A stretch of 64,000 bases of DNA from Takakia lepidozioides (taxonomy: Eukaryota; Plantae; Bryophyta), in assembly GCA_030704615.1 (NCBI GenBank), contig CM060734.1, positions 11,036,001-11,100,000 of the forward strand, in the 5' to 3' direction. A program made the position numbers and the translations under genes. The notes beneath the pieces were generated by a model. The model was not told the DNA's origin. It saw nothing but the letters and a program-made list of their open reading frames with translations, and did not search any database. Shown here piece after piece: positions 22,650 to 34,918 of this stretch (its first letter is position 1; each line of letters begins with the position of its first letter).

Positions 22650-25600
22650 TTAATCTTGAAAATCATCCGAATCCTCATCCTGTTCTAGACTGTCCTGCCC
22701 GCTCCACCCCCTCAGGCCTTTCTCATCTCCAGCGGACTGCTCGTTGGCCAGGCTTTCAAAAATCCCATCTTCCCCTTGCGGAACTGTCCATCTCACCTCC
22801 GTTGGGTCGTCTTCCTCCCTGTCTGCGTCGCTCTCATCCGCTGAATCACATATGTACTTTCGTACCCGTCTACCTGTCTGAGCTGCTGCCAAACTCTTTC
22901 CTTATCCTTCTGTCCTTCCTAGCCCTCTCCAAAATCTGCTCTACTTTACTGGGATTCTCACTTCTTCTAATCGCTGTAGTTGCGAGTTTAGCTGCATAAC
23001 TAGGAAGGGAGTAGTCCCTCACCGGGCTCGTCATGAAGTCGGCCCTCGCGCAAGAACGGGACATTCTTCCTGGCAGGAAGTGTAGGCCCTACATGTTTCG
23101 ACCCGGACCCTGCAATCCTGCACATGACAATCATCAACGAGACTAATGAGAACCACAGTCGGGAAATTCGTTTGACAAAAATGACCCAGAAGGCTTTGCA
23201 AACTTACAATGTTTGCACTCACTCGTATTCCGGGTTCTCCTCCGCATCAATGTCCATGTGTCTTCCTCGGACTCCGACGAATCCGAGGAGACTTCCGCTC
23301 TGTCGGGAGCCTTAACATTCGTTGCAGCCTTCCAGATGGGATCCCACACGGATGAATCCCTCCTCGTAGGCAAAGAGGTGCCGGTCGGAAAACCGCCCAG
23401 CCCACATTGAGGCACCTGTTACAATGCCATCCACACAACCACATGGCGCTTCAGATGTTGCGAACTACATCCTAACGAGAATTTGCAGAACAGCATAGAT
23501 CAAGATTCTGCATACCTGTCCCACAGATGAGGTCGAGCACTGTGCCCTCCACGTCTGTGCATGTCTCCATAATTGTCTGAATGAAGGCAGGGCTCCGAGT
23601 CCGTGAGTACCGCAGGGGTTCCGTTGAAGTGAGGCTATGAGGGAGAAGTTCCTTGGGAAGTTGTTGAACAGAACGTCGTAATCGAGGGGGTCGCAGTTCG
23701 GGTCAACCTTTCCTCCCTCCTTCCGGAAAGCAAAGGTGGAGTTCTCCTTCACAAAGCAGTATGCATCGAACTGCTTCGTCTGCATACACGGGGGGGGAAA
23801 CGATTAGAAACCGAATGCGGCACCGCATTTGAAAAACACCAAGCAAATGAATGGACGAGTGCCAGTGTCGTAATCACCTTCTTCCCTTCCGACCGAAGGC
23901 CCAGTGGTTGATGCAGTCCACTTCTTTTTCAGAATCGGGACGGCGCTCTTGCGGGTCCACTTCGCAATTCCTGTCTGAGTGTTTTTTTCCTCTGCTCGCC
24001 AGGACAACCACACAGCCTCTGTCGTCCAACACCATCGGGCAAGCCCGAATCCTTTCTTCCAAAAGTCCTCCGAGTACCTGTTCCAAGATGGCAAAGCTTG
24101 CAGTCCTTCCACAGGCTCTCCGTCCGGAATATCCAAGAATGATCATATCGCAAGACCACTCGGTGGCATTTCCGCCCCTCCTACAATCCTTGTCTGCACA
24201 CACCCTCTCAAAGAACGAGACCATATTCTGAAATCCTGGGGTGTCGGAAGGCTCTTCGGCAGTCGCCTTCTTCAGTGCTCTGCCCTTCAGACCCTCCATG
24301 GTCTTCATGTATGCCAACTTGGCTGCCCGTCCATCCAAAGCCGCCAGAAACTCTCATTACACACTGGACTACTGTTTCGGGAGCCACTTTCGGCCTCTTC
24401 ATTTCCACCGGCTCGAAAGGGTGCCCCCTGGGGGGTTGAAGAGTGCCTTCTTTGCCGCCAGTTCTCGTGCCTCTCGTGACAACGGTGGGCACAGGGGAGG
24501 CAGCCTGCGTTTGGGGGGGTGGGCTGGTTGCAAAGTCTCCATCGGAGTCCTCTTCCTCACCCTCTTCCTGAACAGGCTGTTTCTGCTTCTTCGTTTTGGC
24601 GGGTGTCACAACAGCTGCTTCTTGCTGGCGAGTCCTCTTCTTCGACCCCTTCTGTTGGGCCTGCACAGCTGCATCCACCGTCTTTTGTGCCATCTCAGCT
24701 GCCTTTCTGGATTCTTCCAGAGCAGCAGATTCCTTGCCGACTTTGGCCCAGCAGGGACACGTCTTTCCTTTCTCTTCTCTTCTGCCAAGGCGTGCAGATC
24801 TTTCTCAGACTCGTCCAACAATACCGCCAGACATGTCCAGGTACCACGGGCATCCAACGAGATGCGCGGGATGCCATTGTTTTTGCATCTCGGGTGTGTA
24901 GACACAGCTTGGGCCCGCCACGGTCCAAGCCATGAAGAACGGGGGCTCTTGAGCCAGGGCCCTGTCTGAAGGAGCACGTATTTCATATACCTGCAAGGCA
25001 GTCAGCATGCGTGAGCAGAAAAAGTTGAGACCAACTACTCGGCAGAGTGCCACCGAAAACATAAAATGCGAATGCGGTGCCGCATTTCCGAGAACAAACC
25101 TCGTAACCAGGCTTCGCATACAAGGGCAGCTGTGCTTCACCTGTAAACAATTCGCATTGCAGCTTTCCCCGCTCCCTCCTGATGTGTAAACTCCACGCTC
25201 CTTCTTGCTGTCTGTAGCTCTCTGGCGAAAAGGTTGTCCTTGTACGCACATCTGAAACGTGTCACGTAGTCTTCCAATGTCTGTGTTCCATCCCATTTGA
25301 CGTACAAGCCGAACGAATTTGTGTGCATTACGACTTGCTCCTTCGCATTCGACATTACCTGCGATTCCCAAATGCATTGTCACGTAGCAGTTCAGGGGAT
25401 TCATTCAAGAAAAGCAAATCTGGGGAAGTACCTTGAATTACCTGGAACCACCAAGTCATACGGTTGAGCCACACATCCACTGCAGGGTCGGAAACTTCGA
25501 GTGGAAAAGACCACATTGTCCTTATGCTCTCGGATGCATTCCAGATCGACAGCCACCGTGTCTGCCATTTCCGATCCAATGTCAGGAGCTGGAAGAGAGT

Positions 25601-27143
25601 GGCTATTGCTAGGAAGGAACTTCAGTGCATTGAAACCTCACCTTCTCTTTCGCCTCCACACATGCCGTTGAGAGGTGTGATGCAGTTTCTCCAATTGCAT
25701 GGTCGGCTGCATGGCCCGAGAATAGTGTTTTGCAATCTCGGGGATGAAGTCCTTTCCAAGTGCCGGATCTGCAATTGCCACCAGCTTCACAAGCTTTGAC
25801 TTGTATTTGGTTCTGGACTTGACACCGGCTTCCTTCAAGTGCTCAGTCAATGACTGCAACGTTTTGACCTGCCCCTCACTTTCATGAAGAAGCGTTTGGC
25901 ATGGGCCAAATCCAGCTTGATGTTTGACTGCCAACAAAAACATGCAGAAGCGTTACATTCGATTCATGTGGAAGATTACTGGAAATTGGGGAAGGATGAG
26001 CAGAGGGAAATTGGAGGACGACTTACTTCGTATATCACCTCCACCATTCCATCCATAGTGAGACGATACCATGTCCGGTCTGTTTTGCAACGGCTTTCTG
26101 AATGAGCTCGGGCTCCAGCATTTCCCGCAAACATCTGCGGATCAGTGAGACCAGTTTTCCTCACCCTGTACAGCAATGTGCCATGTGGGTATGCACGTAC
26201 GCATTCTCAGTGACCCTGCAAGGCACACTCTCCAGTTCAGTACACGGAAGCACGGAAACAAACCAGAATGGAAACCGAAATGCGGCACGGCATTTCGAAC
26301 GTGCTAGGGAGGGTATGAGTATCTTACGAGTTGAGGTCCGCCATGGCATTCTTGAGCAGGGAGGAGTCTGCCGCCTTCACCTTCAGGATGACACACTCAA
26401 CCATGTAATGCCAGCCAATGTGCTTGGCATGGTTCTGCTTGATGTACTCCCACCAGGCGAGAAGTCGGTGATTTCCCGTCCCACACAAAGAACATTTTAC
26501 CAGACATATGGCCGAAGTCTGGATCACCCTTCAGCGTCGCCTCGAATTTGTTTGCGAGTGTGCCAGTGGGTATCCCACGTTGACAATTCATCGGCAGTGG
26601 GTCCACGAGTTTCGCCGTCCTCATTCTCAATGGAAACGTAAAACGCTTGCCGATCCCAGACGGTACCCTCTCGAAATGCGAACTTGAGCTTATCCACATC
26701 TCCGGGAAGGGCCTGCCTGACGATGGGAAGGAGAGACCATGCGACAGAGTGGGATTCGAAGAAGTCGCTGGAATACCCTGCTGCCAAGAACTCTGCCAAT
26801 GCTACTGTGTGGTCTCCTCCAAACATTTTATCCGCCTGCACTTTGAAATCCTCCGGAGACATCTGTAGGTGCGGGGTAAGTGGCTGAGTAGCTGGAGCAT
26901 CCTCAACTGGAGCTGCACTCTGGGGCCTGTCTGCGGGCAATTCTGCCATTGCAGAGGCCTCCTTCCGGCCTGCTTGCTCATCGGTGGTGAGGTATTTGCT
27001 GCGAACGTTGGCGGCAGCACCCTCCTCCGGTACCAAATCGAGATCACGGTCGATCCCATTGCCTTCGCTGCAGCAGAGTCGGCCCCAAACATCTGCAGTG
27101 CGGGAAATCCTCCATAACTGAGCTTCAGCTCGTGGAAGCGGTT
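22650..27143 (-). pseudogene. Multi-exon gene: ParB/Srx-like N-terminal domain plus beta-class N6A/N4C DNA methyltransferase-like domain
   Basis: FVWDGNHRLLAW (~26490-26450, across a 1-bp shift); CDMIILDIPDG...PSWN...ARWCLDDRGCVVVL (motif IV-like, 24150-24000); RSPAFIQTIMETCTDVEGTVLDLICGT/G-ASMWAGRFSDRHLFAYEE (motif X-I-II-like, GT-AG intron 23416-23515). Confidence 0.72.
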
Positions 27144-27643
27144 NNNNNNNNNNNNNNNNNNNNNNNNNNNNNNNNNNNNNNNNNNNNNNNNNNNNNNNNN
27201 NNNNNNNNNNNNNNNNNNNNNNNNNNNNNNNNNNNNNNNNNNNNNNNNNNNNNNNNNNNNNNNNNNNNNNNNNNNNNNNNNNNNNNNNNNNNNNNNNNNN
27301 NNNNNNNNNNNNNNNNNNNNNNNNNNNNNNNNNNNNNNNNNNNNNNNNNNNNNNNNNNNNNNNNNNNNNNNNNNNNNNNNNNNNNNNNNNNNNNNNNNNN
27401 NNNNNNNNNNNNNNNNNNNNNNNNNNNNNNNNNNNNNNNNNNNNNNNNNNNNNNNNNNNNNNNNNNNNNNNNNNNNNNNNNNNNNNNNNNNNNNNNNNNN
27501 NNNNNNNNNNNNNNNNNNNNNNNNNNNNNNNNNNNNNNNNNNNNNNNNNNNNNNNNNNNNNNNNNNNNNNNNNNNNNNNNNNNNNNNNNNNNNNNNNNNN
27601 NNNNNNNNNNNNNNNNNNNNNNNNNNNNNNNNNNNNNNNNNNN
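27144..27643. other. Assembly gap (500 N)
   Basis: Run of N. Confidence 1.
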
Positions 27644-30600
27644 AGTAATTTCCGTTTCTTCTTTCCTTCTTCTCTTCCTTCACAGCCATTTTCCTGAAGT
27701 TATTATTTGTCCACTTGTCATGCTTCCAGGATCTGTAACTTTAGGATGCTGTGTTGAGCTGTGATAGGCTGTGTCATCGGTGTTACCTGTGATAGGCCTG
27801 TGATGGCACTGTGGTAGCTGTGTATAGGCTGTTGACCACGCTGTGGTAGTTTGTGAATAGGCTGTGTTGGGCGGGGCCGTGCTGGGCTGTAATAGGCCCT
27901 ATGTTGGCGCCTTGCTTGGCTGTGATAGGCTGTGTCAGTGGTCGTGTGTGCTGTGATAGGCTGTGTGTTCACGTCGTGATCGGTCGTGTAGGTTGTGGTT
28001 GCGCCTTGCTGGCTGTGATAGGCTTTGTCACGTCGTGATGGGCTTGATAGGCTGTGCTTTGCATTGATCGGCTGTGATAATTTGTCACGTGTTGTTTTGC
28101 CCACCCTGGTCATTATGCTGGGCCTAGCGACAAGTGTTCCATACTCCGTTCGTAACACTCTACTGGTGCAGCCGTGACTGCTCTTGCGGTTCACCTGCAA
28201 ATCATTGCTCGCGGGTTTTGTCATGGATACCACTGTACCCCTTCACTTATTTGCATTGACTCTTCCCAGCATTTCTTTGTTAATGGTTTGTAACATGGCG
28301 TGTTGTTATCATACATCTTTTGTATGACATAAGGTCCTTTCCACGGTGATTTAAGCTTAGAAGCTTGAATCTTTCCTTTCTTCTGCAACCCTAGAACCAA
28401 ATCCCCCCGTCTTAAAAAGTCTTTACTTGCCTTCATCACAAACTGTTCCTTTCGCTCATCTGAATTCCTGGTCATATTATCAGCTGCAATCAGCACGTCT
28501 TCTTCTTCCACATGGTATAATTCATGTTTCCTGAACCTTGATGGAGTCTTGCATTCCATTCTTTTTCCCCACTCCGTTCTCATGGTAGGTAACAGGAATT
28601 CCACTGGAAGTAAGGCTTCCATACATAAACTAATTGGAATGGTGTATACTTAGTGGTGACTTTATTAAAGTCCTGTATGACCAAAAGCTGTCAGCAGCTT
28701 TGTATCCCAACCCGTTCTGTTTGCATTGACTATCTTAGCCAAGATAGTACATAGTATTTTGTTGGTAGCCTCTGCCTGCCCATTCCCTTGGGTAATATGT
28801 TGTACTCTTTCTATGCACAATCATAAACTCTTTAGTCAACAACTCAATGGTCTCATTCATGAAGTGACTTCCTTGATCACTGATAAATTCTAAGGGACAG
28901 CCAAAATCGTGTAAGTATGTTCTGTACAGGAACCTTGCTGTGGACTTGGCTGTGTTGTCCTCAAAGCTTTAGCTTCCACCCACTTTGTAGTATAATCCAG
29001 TGGCTGTATTATGTACCTGTTTCGTGTATTCTTGGATGGGGTTAATTGGGTCCCAACAAAGTCTAGTCCCCATTTCTGAAATGGTTCCGTAGGCATTGTA
29101 GGATGCAAGGCCATCCTTCCAGATCTCTGCAAAGGTCCTAGCCTCTGACATTCACACACTTCTGACAATACTCGTGTACATCTTTGAACAAAGTAGGCCA
29201 CCAGTTCTCCTGCGAGTAGTATCTTTCTCTACTGTAGTCTCTTCTCCCAAATGACCTCCAGCCCTCCTTATGAACTTCCGCCAAAACTTTATTTACTTCA
29301 TGGTGGTACAAAGCATCGTTTTTAAGTACTCCATCAGGTCCTAACTTATACATTCTGCTTCTACCATAGTATAAGGTAAGCTTGATAGCGATTCTCTTCC
29401 TCTGCTCCTTACCATAACTAGGTGGGCACTGACCATGAGCAAGGTAGTATCTGATTGGCCACTGCCATCTAACCATTCATCTGCACTTCCTGCACCTCCA
29501 TTACAATAAACTCGCATCAGGTAACTGAATCTTCCACTCCTGTGGCGGCCTCTCCTGTTGTTTAGTCGTGACAAATGATCTGCCACAAGATGCAAACGGC
29601 CGGCTTGTAAATAACCTCGACTCAAACTCATGCAAGATTATTAACCATCTTGCTATTCTTCCGCTTATCAAGTTTGTTTACCAGGTATATCAGAGCCTGG
29701 TGATCACATAGAACATAAACTTCTTTCTTGCCCAACAGGTAATGCCTGAATTTCTTCACTGCATAGATCATTGCCAATGCTTCCTTTCCGTTGTCCTATA
29801 GTTCCTCCAGCACTGTTCATAAACCGGCTAGCATAGTACACGGTGAATCTATATTCCTGTAACATTCTGGGCTAACACCGCTCCCCACGCTTCTCCTGAT
29901 GCATCGCCATGAACATGGAATACTACATGCCAGTGAGGGTTAATCAGCACAGGTGTAGTGTGTACTGACAGTGTAAGTTCCTCAAATGCCTGTTGACATT
30001 CCGCTGTCCAGGCAAACACTGCATCTTTCTTCAGTAGTTTGCTCATGGTGCTGCTATTTGTGCATACCTTTTGACAAATCTCTTGTAATAACTGGTTTGC
30101 CCAAGGAATCTCTTTCGTAGACTTTTACATTCACTGGTGGTGGAGAGGCTTCAATGGACTCTGTCTTTCTGGGATCCACAAGGAGTCCCTTCTTACACAC
30201 AATGTGTCCCAGAAGCACCCCTGAGTTCACACAGAAAGTACACTTCTCTGGATTCAGCCCAGACCTCTCATCCTGCATCTGGCCAACATAACTCCAATTT
30301 ATGCAAGTGCTCATTCTTAGAGCTGTACACACTGAAATCATCCAAGAACACCTGCATGAAATCATCCAGATACTCATGAAAAGATTCACTTATCACCTCC
30401 TGAAAGGTCGCTGGTGCATTACAAAGTCCAAAGGGCATGACTTTGTATGCATAAGCCCCCCAGTCTGTGATGAAAGCTGTTTTCCCTTGGTCTTCTTCTG
30501 CCACTTGCACTTGATTATAACCACTGAAGCCATCCATGAATGAGTACATCTCATGGCCTGCCACAGTGTCTAATACTGCTTCTGTGAATGGCAAAGGGAA

Positions 30601-33600
30601 AGGATCTTTCTTCGTACAAGCATTCAGCTTCTTATAGTTCACACATACTCTAGTTGCCATTCTTCTTGGGAACTATAACAATGGGTGACAACCAAGTTGT
30701 ATACTCTATTGGGTAATAAACTTAGCCTCAGCCAACTTTCTTTATCTCTTCTCCAACCTTCTGTGCGTAGTTGGGATTCATTCTATACCTCGCCTGCTTG
30801 ATTGGTACTGACCCTGGTTCCAGTTCAATCTTATGCTGACAGACTTCAGGTGGTATCCCTTTTAGATCCTCATAGCTCCAAGCAAATACATCTCTGTATT
30901 TGATGAACAAGCTTTTAGCTTCTTCGAAGAATTCCGGCTCCAAATCAGCTCCTACTTTCACCATTCTCGGTTCCTCTGAGTTCCCACATTTACTTCCTCA
31001 CCTGCTCATCAGCTGTGATTGTCCAACCAGTCACCACTTCCTCCTGTAAGCTCACAGTGGCTGGTTCTTCTAGGATTTCTATTTCTCCTTTCTCTTTCTT
31101 CATAGAAATGTGATGGGTAAATGCTGGTTTCCTCTTCAGTTGGTGTTGCTGTCACTACACCACAGCAGATACCTCCTCTCAAACAACTTAGGCTTTCCAG
31201 CCGCATCTCTGCAACCTGCTCCCACTCTGGGTGTGCAGCAAATAGGGTAGCTTCCTGCTCATCTCCTCCTCCAGTCATACTCTCTGACTCCCTCGAGGTC
31301 TTTCTTGTAGCAGGTAATCTACTAGATTTCTTTGTGGTAATTTGTATCTCGTGTATCCATTATGCACGTTAGTAACTGAGAATTCCAGTCATGGAATACC
31401 CTGGCCTGTTTCAGCCACGACGTCCCAATAATAAGGAGTAAGCCTCCATGACTTCATCCATTTTTAATAACAGTTTACTGTGATCATAAAGATCATTTTC
31501 TGTATCTGTATCTTAACTCCTCTTATTAATCCCAATGGCTGACACTTCTTTGATCTGCCATTGTTATTAAATGGGCTGGTTTCATGTTTTTTGTCTTAGA
31601 CCAAGCTTCTTCCTTAAATTGGTCTGTCATGATATTTACTCCAGAACCACCATCTATCGTACAATCAGTTGTTCTGTGCTTCCAATTCTCAATTGGATTA
31701 CTGGCATAGAATCATCAAAGTCCATGACTGGTTCTCGCCCTTCTCCGGCTTCACATTATAACTGGTCACCTTGCTGTTCAGGTCTGTGTTTCTGTTTCTT
31801 GGGCAATTCGATTGATTGCTTGATACAACCCTGTGCCTACATAAGGTGCCACAGCTAATAGCTGTCCAATGGTAATTTCTGCTTTGGTCTGCATATTACT
31901 TCAGCCAAAGTCTCTTCATTACTTTGCATGTCTGCATCTTCTTTTTTCCTTTCTTCCTCACTCACCCCTTCTTTTTCTCCATCCGAATCAGAGGAATCTC
32001 TGCCACAGGAATATCAGTACTCTTTTGCATTTCCCTTATAGTATCCTGCCACTTCACTTCCTTGTGCAGTTCCTTCTCATCTTTCCAAGTCTCTTCATCT
32101 TCAGGCATATCATTGCCACTCTATCCAGTCTCATCTTCTCTCCTTCCTCTCTACTGGAGGTATTAGTTTGGCTTTACTTCTTGTTACTATCATGTACTTA
32201 CTACTTCTGGTACAACACATGGCCTACCATGTGAGCTGCCACCACTGGGCCCTCATTCACAGGAGCTCTCATCTCATTCTGGTGTCTTATCCAGAATGAA
32301 CAGGCTGCTTGCGATGTCCTGGCTGATTACAATAGTACATAGCTCTTCACCATTGGGTCCTCGCCCTTGGTCTGTTCTTGGATTATTTCTATAATCCTGA
32401 TTCCCGGGCTGGTATTCCCCCTTGGATTACCCTGATAGTTGCCTCTGGAATTTCCTTGTAATTTCCTCTCTTGAATTACCTCTCCCATCCATGCCATTGT
32501 TATAACCACCAGACCTACCATAGTGGTCCTGATCATTGTTTCTTCTTGGCTGGGGCTTGCAACCTGATGCACCCTTACTTGCCTAGGTTCTCTTGCAGCT
32601 GTCCTTCTGTTGTAGTAACAATTCTCAGTAGAATGGTTATCCATTTACGATAGTACAGTGTTTCTCTCCTTCATGTGGCATTCTGTGGTGGTATGCCTTC
32701 ATTCTGGCACTTTGCACACCATACACCCCTTCCCAATGTGTTACAGCTCTCTGTGGCATACTTCTTCAAAGATTTCCCTTCCATTTTTTTTCATAGTTAT
32801 CCCTCTTCAACTTCTCCTTTCTCTTACTCTTTCTTTTTAGTTCTTGCTCTTCTTCTTCGTCTGACTCATCCTCAGAGTCCTCATCTTCTTTTTTTCTCTC
32901 TTCTGAGCATTCCAATTGCTCAATTCTGTTCGCAGTTTCAAATGCCTCCTCCACTGTATTATGGGGTAACATATCCACTTTCTTTGTGCAACTCTGGTCT
33001 AATCCACTCACAAACCAAGTCTTCTGTAAACCGGGCGCTGGTACTACTGCAGCCAGCTTTTTCAATCATCAATTCCATCTTCTCCAATTACTCTTCAAAT
33101 AGTTCACATGCTTCTTCTGCTTCAGCTGTTGTTAAACTTCCATATACTTCATTCATCCTCAGTTTTACTTGTCCTGAACCTATTTCGAAATGCTGTATTC
33201 AAGCCATTCCAGGTTAGGAATGATTATCAGGAAATCTTGCATACAATCACTTGCTTTCTTGATAAGTGAACAAGGAAACAGTCTCATCTTGGCATCATCG
33301 CCAATTCTCATTGTTCACTATACACATGTGCTCAAATTGGCTAATGTGTACATCGGGATCCCCTTTTCCTGAATATATTGGAAAGGGTGGTTTTGCCCGT
33401 GTTGGTTGTAACGCCATCTGTGGCCCTACCTTCTGCCCACTGACAGGTGCTGGCACCCTCGCTGGTGCTGGTCCTTCTGGACCTGTTGTTTTTGTGGTGG
33501 ATCTTCCACCAAGTGGTGGCCCTTGAGCACTCCTTGCTTTCTGGCCCACGATATTCACAGTATTCCCAGCTTCAGTGCACTACTTCCCCACTCCCTGTCC

Positions 33601-33884
33601 CCCCTAGCCAGATCCAGGCAGCCCGCTGATCCCCTGAGCCGACAACCTTCCGTTGGCCTGTGATCCAGTGCTCATGCATCATGCACTCTTTTAAGAATGT
33701 TTTCTTTACAACCGTCTGGCAATTTCAAGAACCTCTGAAAGAATCGTTTGGAAAATCTTTCCTTCTCAGTTTCACAGGGAATTTGATTCACATCAAATTC
33801 TTTAATTCTCCATCCACCATGATCCCACCAGATGCCTGTCACATCTGGTATGTCATGACCCAGTTCCCCAGTATGGTTGCCAAA
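27644..33884 (-). mobile_element. Gypsy family B internal region, degenerate; long deletion of leader and gag start at ~33670
   Basis: FMDGFSGYNQ, YKVMPFGLCNAPATFQ, VFLDDF, DASGEAWGAVL and integrase motifs; PBS next to the LTR at ~33865-33884. Confidence 0.92.
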
Positions 33885-34918
33885 TGTCGAGCGGCTTTTA
33901 CTCACCCATCCCTTCGCTCTCCGAGGTGGGAACTCCAAGATAGAAGAGTTGGAAATCTCTAAGCACTTAGCCCGCTCAGAACAATCAGTCATGACCTACA
34001 GCTAGTGTACATGGGGGTGTTTCCATTTGTACTCCTTCCCCATTCATGTTAGCGAGTTACCTTACTGTCTGCAATGAAGTATCAGATTGCTTCAGAAATC
34101 TATCAGGTTCCATCCATTCATTCCACAACTTCACTCAGGTCCTTTACACAGTGTGAGTATGAAGTATGTATCAGATTAATATCTATCAAGTATCAGCTGA
34201 AGCCATGGTGTCTCTAATCTACTCTACATACAATTCTACAGCTTGTATTCATCAAGTAACAACAGATCGTCATTTCTCATACTCCGTGCTCTTTATCTTC
34301 CCCCCCTCAGAGATGTGCTCTTCCCTCTATTTCCAAGCCCTGATGCCAGAAGTTCCCCCCACCAAGAAGTGATCCCCCCCAGATGTCCCCGCTTCTCGCT
34401 TTATCTATTTAAAGCCGTTCTAACCGCTTTCCTAACTAACCGTTATCTCTATTAGTACACATTCCTTTTTCAAGATGGTCGTTCCCCACAGTCGTTCCCT
34501 GCCAATGGTAACTGTTCCCCAGCTGTGCCCGAACTGTGACTGGCTGTATCAGGCTGTGGCGGGCTGTGACTGGCTGTGTAGCACTGTGCGAAGCTGTGGC
34601 GGCTGTGTCGGGCTGTGACTGGCTGTGACGGGTTGTGTTGGCTGTGCAAAGCTGTGGCGGGCTGTGTCGGGCTGTGACTGGCTGAGACGGGCTGTGTTGG
34701 CTGTGCGAAGCTGTGGCGGCTATGTCGGGCTGTGACTGGCTTTGACGGGTTGTGTTGGCTGTGCGAAGTTGTGATGGCTGTGTCGGACTGTGTATCTTCC
34801 CCCCTAAAGCCTGTTGTTGTCACCCCTAAGGCTCCTGTTGGTCTCAGTCTGTGTAAAAATTAAGGGTACCCCCCACAGATCCCGTAAAAGCGTCTAAGTC
34901 CCAAGCAACCCTCTAACA
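33885..34918 (-). repeat. 5' LTR of Gypsy family B
   Basis: TGTTAGAGGG...GCTCGACA on the - strand, followed by TTTGGCAACCATACTGGGGA; homologous to 41292-42366. Confidence 0.9.

Larger units (their letters stand above)
19383..27143 (+). mobile_element. MULE-1 copy, from left terminus to the assembly gap
   Basis: Terminus AGGGGCTGCTATTTCATGAGC (imperfect TIR with GAGGTTTACTATTTCATGA), CATGAGC subterminal repeats, preceded by GCGGTTCT; the family palindrome recurs throughout. Confidence 0.8.

Noticed and set aside
22650-27143. Bacterial or phage contamination as the source of the ParB-MTase gene
   Set aside because: GT-AG introns at conserved positions and nesting among plant retrotransposons.
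26802-27764. Long ORFs spanning X residues
   Set aside because: Artefacts of the N gap.
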